A stretch of DNA of 43,663 nt from an uncultured Bacteroidota bacterium (GCA_913056475.1 CAJXMS010000001.1:1-43663); one strand, 5' to 3'; shown: positions 28,821-37,623, counted from the first letter of the stretch. Translations and numbers: made by a program. Notes: generated by a model from the sequence alone, not told the origin.

Positions 28821-29510
28821 CTACCAGTGCCGGCGTAGAAGGGAATCGCTGCGGCGGAAGAGCAAGGGTAGCCAGCGCTGGTGCATAAGCCCGGAAAAAT
28901 GAAGGGAGTCGGGGGCCACTAAGTTTGGATGGCCCCGAGCGGTGCGGCTAAGAGCGGTTATGGCCGCATAGCCTGTGCCCAGGGAATCGCTGAGGTGGCG
29001 GTTTACCGCGTTATAACGGTCTATGGCCGCTGCTATGGAGTCATGCTGGCCCCGCCCAGAAGGGGTGGCACTCCAGTCGGGGATACTGATTACCAATACG
29101 CGAGAAGGCTCTCCCTGGGCGTGGTCAATAGCGCGCTGGATCAGCAGGCGCATTTCCCGGTGGTATAGGGGAAGGGGGAGGCCCTGATACTGATTATTGA
29201 CCCCAATGAGGAGGGTCACCAGTTGATAATTACTGTCCACCCGGCTGGTATCCAGGCTCCGTAGTAAATCGGTCGTTGTCCATCCATTGCGGGCTATGAT
29301 GCGCAGGTAGGTGGTCTTGTACCGGTGGGCTTGCATTAGGCTGTTCGCTAGTAAGCTGGGGTATCGCTGCTGGTTTGGGATGGCGGTGCCGATGGTGTAG
29401 CTATTGCCTAAGGCGAGGTAATGGAGGGCTGCTGGCGGAGCGTTATGGGCCTGGTGGGCGGGAGGTCCTGAAGACTGGCAGGAGAGCATTAAGCTGAGCA
29501 AGCCTCCCAA
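28821..29510 (-). CDS. SGNH/GDSL hydrolase family lipoprotein (start uncertain)
   Basis: YLALGNSYTIG, ARNGWTT, LLIGVNNQY and DSLHFSG blocks; lipobox LSC. No good ATG lies before the signal peptide; the nearest in-frame TTG is at 29510. Confidence 0.8.
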   Translation of the reverse strand: MGGLLSLMLSCQSSGPPAHQAHNAPPAALHYLALGNSYTIGTAIPNQQRYPSLLANSLMQAHRYKTTYLRIIARNGWTTTDLLRSLDTSRVDSNYQLVTLLIGVNNQYQGLPLPLYHREMRLLIQRAIDHAQGEPSRVLVISIPDWSATPSGRGQHDSIAAAIDRYNAVNRHLSDSLGTGYAAITALSRTARGHPNLVAPDSLHFSGLMHQRWLPLLFRRSDSLLRRHW

Positions 29511-29586
29511 AAGAAGTGAGGTATTTTTATATTTTTGACGACTTAGTGGAGCAAATACGGGATACTTAAATAAAATCAATAAGGAA

Positions 29587-31308
29587 ATGGGTGGAGGGTT
29601 AAGGCGAGGTTTTTTACTGGGGGTGTTCATGGGGGTGCTGGGCGTAGTTGGGCTGAAAGGCCAAGTTCCGGAAAAATTGGATTTGTACCTTAAAAAATGT
29701 CGTCAAAATGCGCATCAACCCGATAGCCTGCGTTATTACGGCAAGCAAATGCTGCTGCTGGAAGCGAAGGAAGCGCAGTACGAGGGGAAGTTTGCCCTGG
29801 GGTATGCGCTATACCAGGAAGGACATTTTATGCGAGCGGCCCACTATTACCTGGAAGCCCTGGAATATGCGGATTCGCTAGCGGCGCCGGGTAAATACGA
29901 GCGGATACTGCGCAACCGGGGTATCGCTTTGAGTAAAGGCGGGGAGGCAGATAAAAGCCAGGCGGTATTTCACCGTTTGCTCAGCATGGCCCAAGCTCGC
30001 CGGGACAGCGGCGCCATAGCCCGGGCCCAAAATGAATTGGGCTTGCAGTACCGTCTTTCGGGAAAATTCGAAGAGGCCATGACTCATTTACGAGAGGCAC
30101 TGGCAATATCGGAAGCGCTGGATAAGCCCAGGGTGGTCAATATTTACACCAATATAGCTATCCTTTATGGAAATATGGACCAGGATAGTCTGGCCGGCAA
30201 TTGGTTTAGAAAGGCTTTCCGCAGGGCAAAAAGGTACGGTATCGTTAAGCTGGAGCAGCGGACTATCAATAACCTGGCAAATTACTTCCGGGTTCAGAAA
30301 GAATGGGACTCAGCTTTTTACTACAGCCGGAAAATGCGAGAGCATTGGGCCACCTTAGCTCCCCGTGAACGCAGCCTGCACCTCCAAAATCAGGCGGATC
30401 TACTGCTGCAGATGAAGCGGTTGAGCCGGGCCGATTCTTTTTACCGGACCGCCTTCCAAATGATGCCGCCAGAGATGGAAAGTCTACGCTTAAGCGAACT
30501 CTATAGCCTGGGAGCAAGACTGGCCCTGGCCCGGGGAAAGCACGATACGGCCCGGGAGCGCATAAACCGGGTGTTGGCCATAGCTAAGCGCTCCAAGCGT
30601 CCGGTGCGACGGGCACAGGCCTTGCTTATCAAATCCCAGTTGGCCGAACAAACCGGACAAACCAGGGAGGCGCTAAACCTTTACAAACGCTATACCCATC
30701 TGGAGGATAGCCTGGCCAATGCGGAAACGCAAACCCAGGTACAGCGCCTGCTTACCGAATATGAGGTAGCGGAGCGCAAAAAAGAATTGAGCCTTCTTCA
30801 AAAAAGCCAGGCCAGCTGGGAGCGGGCCTCCTGGTTAAGTCTTCTCCTGGCGCTGCTTTTAGCGGGAGCAGGCTTTATTTATTACCGCCGTTATCGCAGT
30901 ACCCGGCGTTCCTTTACCACCTCGCAGGAACGGCTGGACCAGGCCCGGGAGCGCCTTAATCAAGTGCAAACGAAATTAGAACAAGCCACCCGCTCGGAAG
31001 TAGCCCCGCAAATAAGGCTCAAGAGCAAGGCCGTAATTGACCTCGACCATTTAGAATGCCTGGAAAGTGAGGGCCATTACTTGCATTTTTACATGAAGGA
31101 CCGCAGCCGCCCTGAGGTAGAGCGGAGCACCCTGAAAGACATGCTTGAACGCCTCCCGGGGGAGCAATTTTTGCAGGTTCATCGCTCCTATGCGGTAAAT
31201 ACCCGCTACATTAAAGCGCTTTACGCCAATCGAATTCTTACCCACTCCGGCCGTGAAATACCGGTCTCCCGAACTTTTAAAGACAGCCTAAGGGAACTGC
31301 ATAGTTAA
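29587..31308 (+). CDS. Membrane-spanning TPR-repeat sensor with C-terminal LytTR DNA-binding domain
   Basis: Signal peptide, multiple TPRs (ARAQNELGLQYRLSGKFEEA; IYTNIAILY), TM WLSLLLALLLAGAGFIYY, coiled coil, LytTR (LESEGHYL...STLKDMLERLP..FLQVHRSYAVN...IPVSR). Confidence 0.88.
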   Translation: MGGGLRRGFLLGVFMGVLGVVGLKGQVPEKLDLYLKKCRQNAHQPDSLRYYGKQMLLLEAKEAQYEGKFALGYALYQEGHFMRAAHYYLEALEYADSLAAPGKYERILRNRGIALSKGGEADKSQAVFHRLLSMAQARRDSGAIARAQNELGLQYRLSGKFEEAMTHLREALAISEALDKPRVVNIYTNIAILYGNMDQDSLAGNWFRKAFRRAKRYGIVKLEQRTINNLANYFRVQKEWDSAFYYSRKMREHWATLAPRERSLHLQNQADLLLQMKRLSRADSFYRTAFQMMPPEMESLRLSELYSLGARLALARGKHDTARERINRVLAIAKRSKRPVRRAQALLIKSQLAEQTGQTREALNLYKRYTHLEDSLANAETQTQVQRLLTEYEVAERKKELSLLQKSQASWERASWLSLLLALLLAGAGFIYYRRYRSTRRSFTTSQERLDQARERLNQVQTKLEQATRSEVAPQIRLKSKAVIDLDHLECLESEGHYLHFYMKDRSRPEVERSTLKDMLERLPGEQFLQVHRSYAVNTRYIKALYANRILTHSGREIPVSRTFKDSLRELHS

Positions 31309-31316
31309 AGTGCAGC

Positions 31317-31373
31317 ATACCCTGTTTTTTAGCTGAGTACCTTCTCTTCCTTTTGATACCCTCCCTTTCTTTG
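31317..31373 (+). promoter_or_regulatory. Putative LytTR operator (three RTACCYT direct repeats) plus -7-like box
   Basis: ataccct at 31317, gtacctt at 31337, ataccct at 31356, then tttctttg at 31366-31373. Confidence 0.4.
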
Positions 31374-31532
31374 GCCGCTTCGCTGATCGACAGAGGGTTT
31401 GCCCATCCTGTCCGGTGGCTCAGAGCCCCGCTTGAGGCGCCTAAAAAGACGCGCGAGGGATAGAGCTGAGTGCGCTAAGGCTAACCCCTTATCATGCTTG
31501 GATGCGTACTTGTTCGTAAGGGCTTAGGCCTG

Positions 31533-31540
31533 TACCTTTG
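31533..31540 (+). promoter_or_regulatory. Bacteroidota promoter for DUF5522-hutU
   Basis: TAccTTTG with a TTG 20 nt upstream; ATG 20 nt downstream. Confidence 0.6.
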
Positions 31541-31559
31541 ATGGCCTTTAGCAAGTCTT

Positions 31560-31718
31560 ATGGCCCAGCTCGAACCCGGTGATTATTACATGAGTGATGA
31601 AGGTTTTGTGGTCTTTACCAAACAGTACCACCTCAAAAGAGGTTATTGCTGCCAAAGCGGCTGCAAACACTGTCCTTACGGTTTTGATATAAAAACGGGT
31701 CGCTTTAAAAAGTCTTAA
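31560..31718 (+). CDS. DUF5522 family small cysteine-rich protein
   Basis: Below the ORF-track cutoff. Manual translation: MAQLEPGDYYMSDEGFVVFTKQYHLKRGYCCQSGCKHCPYGFDIKTGRFKKS (52 aa), carrying the HLKRGYCC..GC.HCPY signature. Confidence 0.88.
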   Translation: MAQLEPGDYYMSDEGFVVFTKQYHLKRGYCCQSGCKHCPYGFDIKTGRFKKS

Positions 31719-31749
31719 GGGCTTCTGTCCCTCCCCTAAAAATAGCATA

Positions 31750-33762
31750 ATGGAAACAGCAATCGATTTTAAATCTGCCGTAGCTGAAGGTATCCCTAAG
31801 GAACTTCCGCCGCGGGCTAGTTTAGATCCTCAGGTGAGCCACGCGCCCCATCGAAAAGAAATTCTCACCCCAGAAGAGAAAGAGCTGGCCCTGCGCAATG
31901 CGCTCCGCTATTTCCCCAGCCAGTGGCACGAAACCCTCGCGCCGGAGTTTGCCGAAGAATTGGCCCAATACGGTAGGATATACATGTACCGCTTCCGGCC
32001 CGCTTATGACATGTACGCGCGCCCCCTGGAGGACTACCCCGGGCGCTGTTCGCAAGCCAAGGCCATTATGGTGATGATCCAAAATAACCTGGATCCCGCG
32101 GTGGCGCAGCATCCCCACGAGCTCATTACTTACGGTGGCAATGGAGCGGTATTTCAAAACTGGGCGCAGTACCGTCTTACCATGCAGTATCTGGCAGAAA
32201 TGACGGAAGAGCAAACCCTGCACATGTACAGTGGCCATCCGCTGGGCTTGTTTCCAAGCCATCCCGAAGCGCCCCGGGTAGTAGTGAGCAACGGTATGAT
32301 GATCCCCAACTATTCCAAACCGGACGATTGGGAACGTTACAACGCCTTGGGGGTAACCCAATTTGGCCAGATGACGGCGGGGAGTTATATGTACATCGGG
32401 CCCCAGGGGATTGTCCACGGAACCACCATAACGGTACTTAATGCCTTGCGTAAGCTCGGTAAAAAACCCGGAGAAGGAGCGCTTTTTGTGACGGCGGGGC
32501 TGGGCGGTATGAGTGGTGCTCAGCCCAAGGCAGCCAACATAGCCGGGTGTGTCTCGGTAACGGCCGAGGTAAACCCCCAGGCTTCTCGGAAGCGTTACGA
32601 GCAAGGCTGGGTAGACGAAATCGTAGACGATGTAACGGAACTCGCACAGCGGGTCCAAAAAGCCCAGCAAGAAAACCAAACCATCTCCTTTGCTTACGAA
32701 GGGAATGTGGTGGAGGTATGGGAGTATTTCTATGAAAGGGGCCTTCAAATTGACCTGGGCTCCGATCAAACCTCCTTGCACAATCCCTGGGCCGGCGGCT
32801 ATTACCCGGTGGGTATGTCTTACGAAACGGCCAATGAAATGATGGCCCGGGATCCCGAAGGTTTTGCCGAGGAAGTGCGCACCAGCCTGCGACGCCACGC
32901 GGCAGCGGTCAATAAGCACGCAGATAAAGGCACCTATTTTTTTGATTACGGCAATGCCTTTCTCTTGGAAGCCAGCCGGGCTGGCGCAGCCGTTGAGGCT
33001 CAAGACCCCGGCATTGGTCGAGAATTTCGATACCCTAGCTATATCCAGGACATTCTGGGGCCTATGTGCTTTGATTACGGCTTTGGGCCCTTCCGCTGGG
33101 TCTGTACTTCTGGTAAACCGGAAGACCTGGCCCGCACCGATGCCATCGCCGCGGCCGTACTTCGAGAAATGGCCGCCCAGGCTCCCGCAGAAATTCGCCA
33201 GCAAATGGACGATAACCGCCGCTGGATAGAAGCCGCCGCCGAAAATAAGATGGTGGTGGGTAGCCAGGCACGCATCCTTTATGCCGATAGTGAAGGACGG
33301 ATCGCCATTGCTAAAGCCTTTAACGAGGCTATTCGCCAGGGGGAATTGGGGCCGGTAGTCCTGGGCCGTGACCACCACGATGTGAGTGGCACCGATTCGC
33401 CCTACCGGGAAACGTCCAATATTTACGATGGCTCTCGCTTTACCGCCGATATGGCCATTCAAAACGTCATCGGCGATAGCTTCCGGGGCGCCACCTGGGT
33501 AAGTATTCACAATGGCGGCGGCGTAGGCTGGGGGGAAGTGATCAACGGCGGCTTTGGCATGCTACTGGACGGAACGGATGCCGCTGACCGCCGCCTCGAG
33601 AATATGCTGCATTACGATGTGAATAACGGTATTGCCCGGCGAAGCTGGGCCCGAAACGCCCCGGCTCAGTGGGCCATCAAGCGAGAAATGGAACGGACGC
33701 CCGGTCTGAAAGTTACCCTGGCCCAAGAGGTGCAGGAAGACTTGCAACGGTTTTTGGGATAG
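31750..33762 (+). CDS. hutU: Urocanate hydratase (long, eukaryote-like form)
   Basis: MIQNNLDP.VA..P.ELITYGG, GQMTAGSYMYIGPQGIVHGT, GLGGMSGAQPKA, SDQTSLH, GRDHHD and SIHNGGGVGWG motifs. Confidence 0.97.
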   Translation: METAIDFKSAVAEGIPKELPPRASLDPQVSHAPHRKEILTPEEKELALRNALRYFPSQWHETLAPEFAEELAQYGRIYMYRFRPAYDMYARPLEDYPGRCSQAKAIMVMIQNNLDPAVAQHPHELITYGGNGAVFQNWAQYRLTMQYLAEMTEEQTLHMYSGHPLGLFPSHPEAPRVVVSNGMMIPNYSKPDDWERYNALGVTQFGQMTAGSYMYIGPQGIVHGTTITVLNALRKLGKKPGEGALFVTAGLGGMSGAQPKAANIAGCVSVTAEVNPQASRKRYEQGWVDEIVDDVTELAQRVQKAQQENQTISFAYEGNVVEVWEYFYERGLQIDLGSDQTSLHNPWAGGYYPVGMSYETANEMMARDPEGFAEEVRTSLRRHAAAVNKHADKGTYFFDYGNAFLLEASRAGAAVEAQDPGIGREFRYPSYIQDILGPMCFDYGFGPFRWVCTSGKPEDLARTDAIAAAVLREMAAQAPAEIRQQMDDNRRWIEAAAENKMVVGSQARILYADSEGRIAIAKAFNEAIRQGELGPVVLGRDHHDVSGTDSPYRETSNIYDGSRFTADMAIQNVIGDSFRGATWVSIHNGGGVGWGEVINGGFGMLLDGTDAADRRLENMLHYDVNNGIARRSWARNAPAQWAIKREMERTPGLKVTLAQEVQEDLQRFLG

Positions 33763-33850
33763 AACTTTCGAATACAAAGGACCAAGAAGACTGGGGGCTG
33801 ATAATTTTTTTCATCTCCAGGCCGTTTGCTTTCCATTAGGCGTTCCACTT

Positions 33851-34348
33851 ATGGGCCGAACCCTCTTATTATTTCTAAGCTTCAGTCTGCTGGCCTGCGA
33901 AAAAGACCAGGAACCGGAAAGTCATTCGCCTCCTTCGTTTAGCTATCGCTTTAACGAAGGGCAGAACGAGCTCAAGACAGCCTATACCGGCGATCATCCC
34001 CGCGATCTGCGCGCCGAGATGCAGCTTTTAGAAGGAGATTCCGGGGGTACGCGCATTCGCATCACTTTTTCTAATACCCTCGAGGGAGAGACCTATGCGG
34101 TTCACGCCCACGATTATGATGCCGATAGTACCATCGGTCTGCCTTATGAATTTTCAGTGAATACCGCTGTGCTCAATCAAAATCCTGTGGGGAGAACGGG
34201 GACCCTGGAGATAGAACAGCATTCCGATTCTTCAGTTGCTTATTTTGAGAACCGCTACCAAGGATATTTGGTGGTGCACGACCCTCTGCAGCCCGTGCAA
34301 ACCAAAAAGCCCTCCAGCTTTCTTATCCTGGGTCGCTTTGCCCGCTAG
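33851..34348 (+). CDS. Hypothetical lipoprotein, possibly CHRD-like
   Basis: Lipobox LLAC; YAVHAHD and GYLVVHDP His motifs. Confidence 0.7.
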   Translation: MGRTLLLFLSFSLLACEKDQEPESHSPPSFSYRFNEGQNELKTAYTGDHPRDLRAEMQLLEGDSGGTRIRITFSNTLEGETYAVHAHDYDADSTIGLPYEFSVNTAVLNQNPVGRTGTLEIEQHSDSSVAYFENRYQGYLVVHDPLQPVQTKKPSSFLILGRFAR

Positions 34349-34386
34349 GCCGGCCTAATATTTTTCTGTGAAGCGCGCCTTAAGTA

Positions 34387-34527
34387 GGGACTGTCTATAC
34401 AGTCGAGTGGCTGGCTCAGAAAGATGGCCAGCGAGGCTTGCGCAGCTTCAAAAAGGGGAGTTTACAAGGGTAAATGAGCATTTTTGAAGCAAGCCTAACG
34501 AAGCTCACCGATTTTGTAGACAAACCC
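34387..34527. mobile_element. MITE-like structured element (about 141 bp)
   Basis: Imperfect terminal inverted repeats gggactgtctata / tgtagacaaaccc (10/13); internal stem gcttcaaaaa / tttttgaagc capped by gtttac-aagg-gtaaat; no ORF; lies between convergent genes. Confidence 0.55.
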
Positions 34528-34558
34528 GAAATAGCAAACCACCCAACAAAGAGTATCC

Positions 34559-35449
34559 TTAGACGGCCCCTTCCTGCCGGCGCACCATATTGTAAATAGC
34601 CAGCAAGGCCACCCCAAAGCCCACCCCCAGAAGGATGAGCAGGGAATTGTATTGCCCCTGGATGGTAAAGGAGAGCCGGATAAGCACCGTGCTTACGATA
34701 TATCCACTATTGCGGATCAGCTGGCTGTAGCCCTGAATAAAATTCAGTGAGATCAGCAGGATCAGTACGTCTACCCAGATGAGGATCACGAAAAAGTCGT
34801 GGTAGAAAATAGCGTTGACATCTGAAAGGACTGCAATTTCGCCTTGCTGGAATTGATACAATTCCACGAGCCAACGTCCTAGTTCATAAAAGATTAAACC
34901 GGCCAGCACCGGGACCAGCATCACGCTGATCCGGCGCTTGTAGTGGATAAAGCGCTCAAAACGGCTGTCTTGTTCGGAACCTTGCAGTTGGCTACGCAGC
35001 CGTTTGAAAAGGTAAATGAGTAGGAAAAGGAGTAAAAACACCCCCACGTCTATCAGGAGACTGTAGTGCTCCTCACTGAGTAGCCAGGTGCCGCTAAAAT
35101 CAATCATCGAGATATCCTTAAAGACCCGCCGGATTAAAATGAGGGCAATGATCTCAAATTGCTTTTGCACGGAGCTGGTAAAGGAGCGCGGTAACTGCTC
35201 GATAAGCAGATAGACTTCCCAGATAAGAATAAAGGAAAAGGGCGTGTAGAGGGCCGAGATGGGATTGGTCAGGAAGTTTTCCCAAGGCCCTGTAGCCCGG
35301 ATCAAGCCCCACTGCGTGAGCGCTATGGCCGTCAGGTGGATCCCAAACCCTGCGATACTCAAGCCCACGATAAAGCGCTCCACCTTTTCTTTGAGCTGGG
35401 GCCCAAACAAGACGGCATAAGTATTCTCCCAGGGAATGCTGATACGCAT
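34559..35449 (-). CDS. Hypothetical polytopic membrane protein
   Basis: About 8 hydrophobic segments; NPISALYTPFSFIL and KQFEIIALILIRRVFKDI motifs. Confidence 0.8.
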   Translation of the reverse strand: MRISIPWENTYAVLFGPQLKEKVERFIVGLSIAGFGIHLTAIALTQWGLIRATGPWENFLTNPISALYTPFSFILIWEVYLLIEQLPRSFTSSVQKQFEIIALILIRRVFKDISMIDFSGTWLLSEEHYSLLIDVGVFLLLFLLIYLFKRLRSQLQGSEQDSRFERFIHYKRRISVMLVPVLAGLIFYELGRWLVELYQFQQGEIAVLSDVNAIFYHDFFVILIWVDVLILLISLNFIQGYSQLIRNSGYIVSTVLIRLSFTIQGQYNSLLILLGVGFGVALLAIYNMVRRQEGAV

Positions 35450-35529
35450 AACTCTTAAAAGGAATCACAGCGGAAATTGTTTGAGGATCAGTTAAAAAGA
35501 AAAGCTGCCGCTATGCAAGGGGGAATAGT

Positions 35530-35537
35530 TATTTTTG
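35530..35537 (+). promoter_or_regulatory. Bacteroidota -7 box (TAttTTTG) for the OmpH gene
   Basis: Consensus match 26 nt upstream of the ATG at 35563. Confidence 0.55.
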
Positions 35538-35562
35538 CCACCCAGGTGCAAAATACTTCTTC

Positions 35563-36201
35563 ATGCAAAAAATAACGCCTATCCTTCTCCTGCTGCTGGT
35601 AGCGGCGGTAATCATCCTCTATGTTGATCGCTACGCGGGAAGCCAAAACCCCAATACTGCTACGGCGCCGGATACCACGGCGGCTGAATTTAACCAGGGT
35701 AAGATGGGAGCCGCACGTATCGGCTACATCCGTTATGATTCCCTGGTACAGGGCTACGAATATCATCAAGAACTGCTTAGCAAACTGGAAGCGGAAGCCC
35801 GGGCCCTACGCCAAGACCTCGACCAAAAAAGCCAGGCCTTTCAAGAGAATGTAACCGTTCTGCGGGAGCAAGCGGGTCAGCTCAATCAGCAGCAGCTCCA
35901 GCAAGCACAGCAAGAACTGCAAGCCAAGCAGCAGCAGCTTATGCAGTACCGCAATGAGCGCAGTCAAGTACTGGCCGAGCAGCAAGAAAAACTTACCCAG
36001 CTGCTGCGCGACGACCTAACGGTGGTACTGGATAGCATTCGCCAGGCACGCAAGCTTGACTTCATCCTTACCAAAGATCGCTCCAGCGACGTCCTATCCG
36101 CCCGGCCCGCCTATGATATCACCGAAACCGTGGTGAAGGCGCTTAACCAGAATTACGAACGTCCCGACAGTGTGAGGATTGATACCGCCAATTTGCCCTG
36201 A
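35563..36201 (+). CDS. OmpH/Skp family periplasmic chaperone
   Basis: RIGYIRYDSL, long Q-rich coiled coil, LDFIL...YDITETVVKALN; N-terminal TM segment. Confidence 0.88.
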   Translation: MQKITPILLLLLVAAVIILYVDRYAGSQNPNTATAPDTTAAEFNQGKMGAARIGYIRYDSLVQGYEYHQELLSKLEAEARALRQDLDQKSQAFQENVTVLREQAGQLNQQQLQQAQQELQAKQQQLMQYRNERSQVLAEQQEKLTQLLRDDLTVVLDSIRQARKLDFILTKDRSSDVLSARPAYDITETVVKALNQNYERPDSVRIDTANLP

Positions 36202-36244
36202 TCATCAATCCGCCCCTTCCTGAGGTCGCTCTAAATTTTCACCG

Positions 36245-36661
36245 ATGCCATACTTTCCGCCCAGGCGTTTGTTGCTCGCCGCTTTTATTCTCCTTTGGAT
36301 AGGCGCTTGCGTGGAAGATCCGGATGAAAGCTTTTTTCCCGATCCAGCGGCCCAGTATCACGGTACCTGGCAGGTGCGGGAAGAAACCGGCTTTAGCGCG
36401 CCGCAGTCTTACGCCATCACCATAACCGAGGATACCAGCGCGCAGGGGGATATTCTGCTGAAGGGCTTGTACAATGTATCGGGAACTGCTGTAAGCGCTA
36501 CGGTAAATGGCACCGACTTCAACATCCCCAATCAGCGCTCCGCTGGCATCCAGTTCTTTGGCTACGGTACCGCCCAGGAAGATTACACCCAGCTCACCCT
36601 CCAGTTTACCGCCAATGATGGCGCCGGAGCCGATGAAGTCCGCGCCACCGCTACTCGCTAA
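36245..36661 (+). CDS. Hypothetical lipoprotein
   Basis: Lipobox IGAC; YHGTWQV.E followed by beta-rich sequence. Confidence 0.75.
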   Translation: MPYFPPRRLLLAAFILLWIGACVEDPDESFFPDPAAQYHGTWQVREETGFSAPQSYAITITEDTSAQGDILLKGLYNVSGTAVSATVNGTDFNIPNQRSAGIQFFGYGTAQEDYTQLTLQFTANDGAGADEVRATATR

Positions 36662-36867
36662 CCGCAGCTTGTAATGACCTGGCAGAACCGAGCTATTGGT
36701 GAAATTTCGGGCTGTTAATTATTTCTTCTGGGACCTACACGACCCCCGGCTTGGGCTTGAAAATGAGAATGGCTTTTGGGAAGCTGGCTTCATGGCCTTA
36801 ATCAAAAGCACAAGCGAAACCTTAATTTTTCATTCCTGCCGGGAAAAACAAGAGGAGGGAAAGGTGA

Positions 36868-37623
36868 CTAAAAATTATAACGTACCCCCACGTTGGCGCC
36901 CAGATTCAGAAGGGTTTCCCGCGGAAAGGCGTCGATGTCTACCATCTGGTTGAGCATATACTTGATGCCGCCCCGCACAAAGAAGCCAAAATCATTGGTT
37001 ACCCAGTACTGGCCGCCCACCATAATGCCCACCGAATAATTAGTGCTCTGCAGGCTATCGTTCACATTGCCCAGGGCCTGAGGCTCCTGGCCGGCCACCA
37101 AAAACTGGCCCTGGTAGCGGTCTATAAAATTGAGCTCTACCATGGGGACCACCTCTAAGTCAAAAACCTCGGAGATGGAGGAGTTAAAATTGATCTTAAC
37201 CGGCACCGTGTACATGCTTACATCCACTTGGTAATCGGCGGCAAGCGTATCCAGCCCTCCGCCAAAGTAGTTCACATCGCCCAGCGTGTAGCCCCCGTAG
37301 GCATAGCCAAAACCGACGCTCAGGTCAAAGGTGCTACTAAGCTCATAGATCAGGTCCAGGTGGTAATTCACTTTCCAGGTGCCGCTCGCTTCATCGCTCG
37401 TGGCGGTAAAGGCGCCGCCTTCGCCAAAGTCATCATTGATGAGCCGTAAATCGGTATTTACCGGATTGGCATTGAGCGCTACGCCCAGGCGGAAGTTTTT
37501 CACCTCACTATCGGTATAATACACGATTTCATCTTTTTTATCCTTGCGTTTTTGCTCGTTCTTTTCTTGCGCCATGGTCCACGAGGCGCTTAATAAAAGG
37601 AGGAGGAGAGGAGCTATTTTCAT
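36868..37623 (-). CDS. Outer membrane beta-barrel protein (OmpA-like/PorT-like fold)
   Basis: Signal peptide, amphipathic strands, C-terminal GANVGVRYNF; start overlaps the alaS stop. Confidence 0.8.
   Translation of the reverse strand: MKIAPLLLLLLSASWTMAQEKNEQKRKDKKDEIVYYTDSEVKNFRLGVALNANPVNTDLRLINDDFGEGGAFTATSDEASGTWKVNYHLDLIYELSSTFDLSVGFGYAYGGYTLGDVNYFGGGLDTLAADYQVDVSMYTVPVKINFNSSISEVFDLEVVPMVELNFIDRYQGQFLVAGQEPQALGNVNDSLQSTNYSVGIMVGGQYWVTNDFGFFVRGGIKYMLNQMVDIDAFPRETLLNLGANVGVRYNF

Noticed and set aside
31548..31748. 66-aa minus-strand ORF
   Set aside because: The plus-strand DUF5522 ORF has a recognisable motif and a promoter.
31822..33510. 562-aa minus-strand ORF
   Set aside because: Lies entirely antisense to hutU and has no domain signature.
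35870..35990. CAG-rich repeats
   Set aside because: Gln-rich coiled coil of OmpH/Skp, not a DNA repeat array.
36662..36867. Possible small gene or remnant between convergent genes
   Set aside because: Only short ORFs with no motif; no convincing structure.
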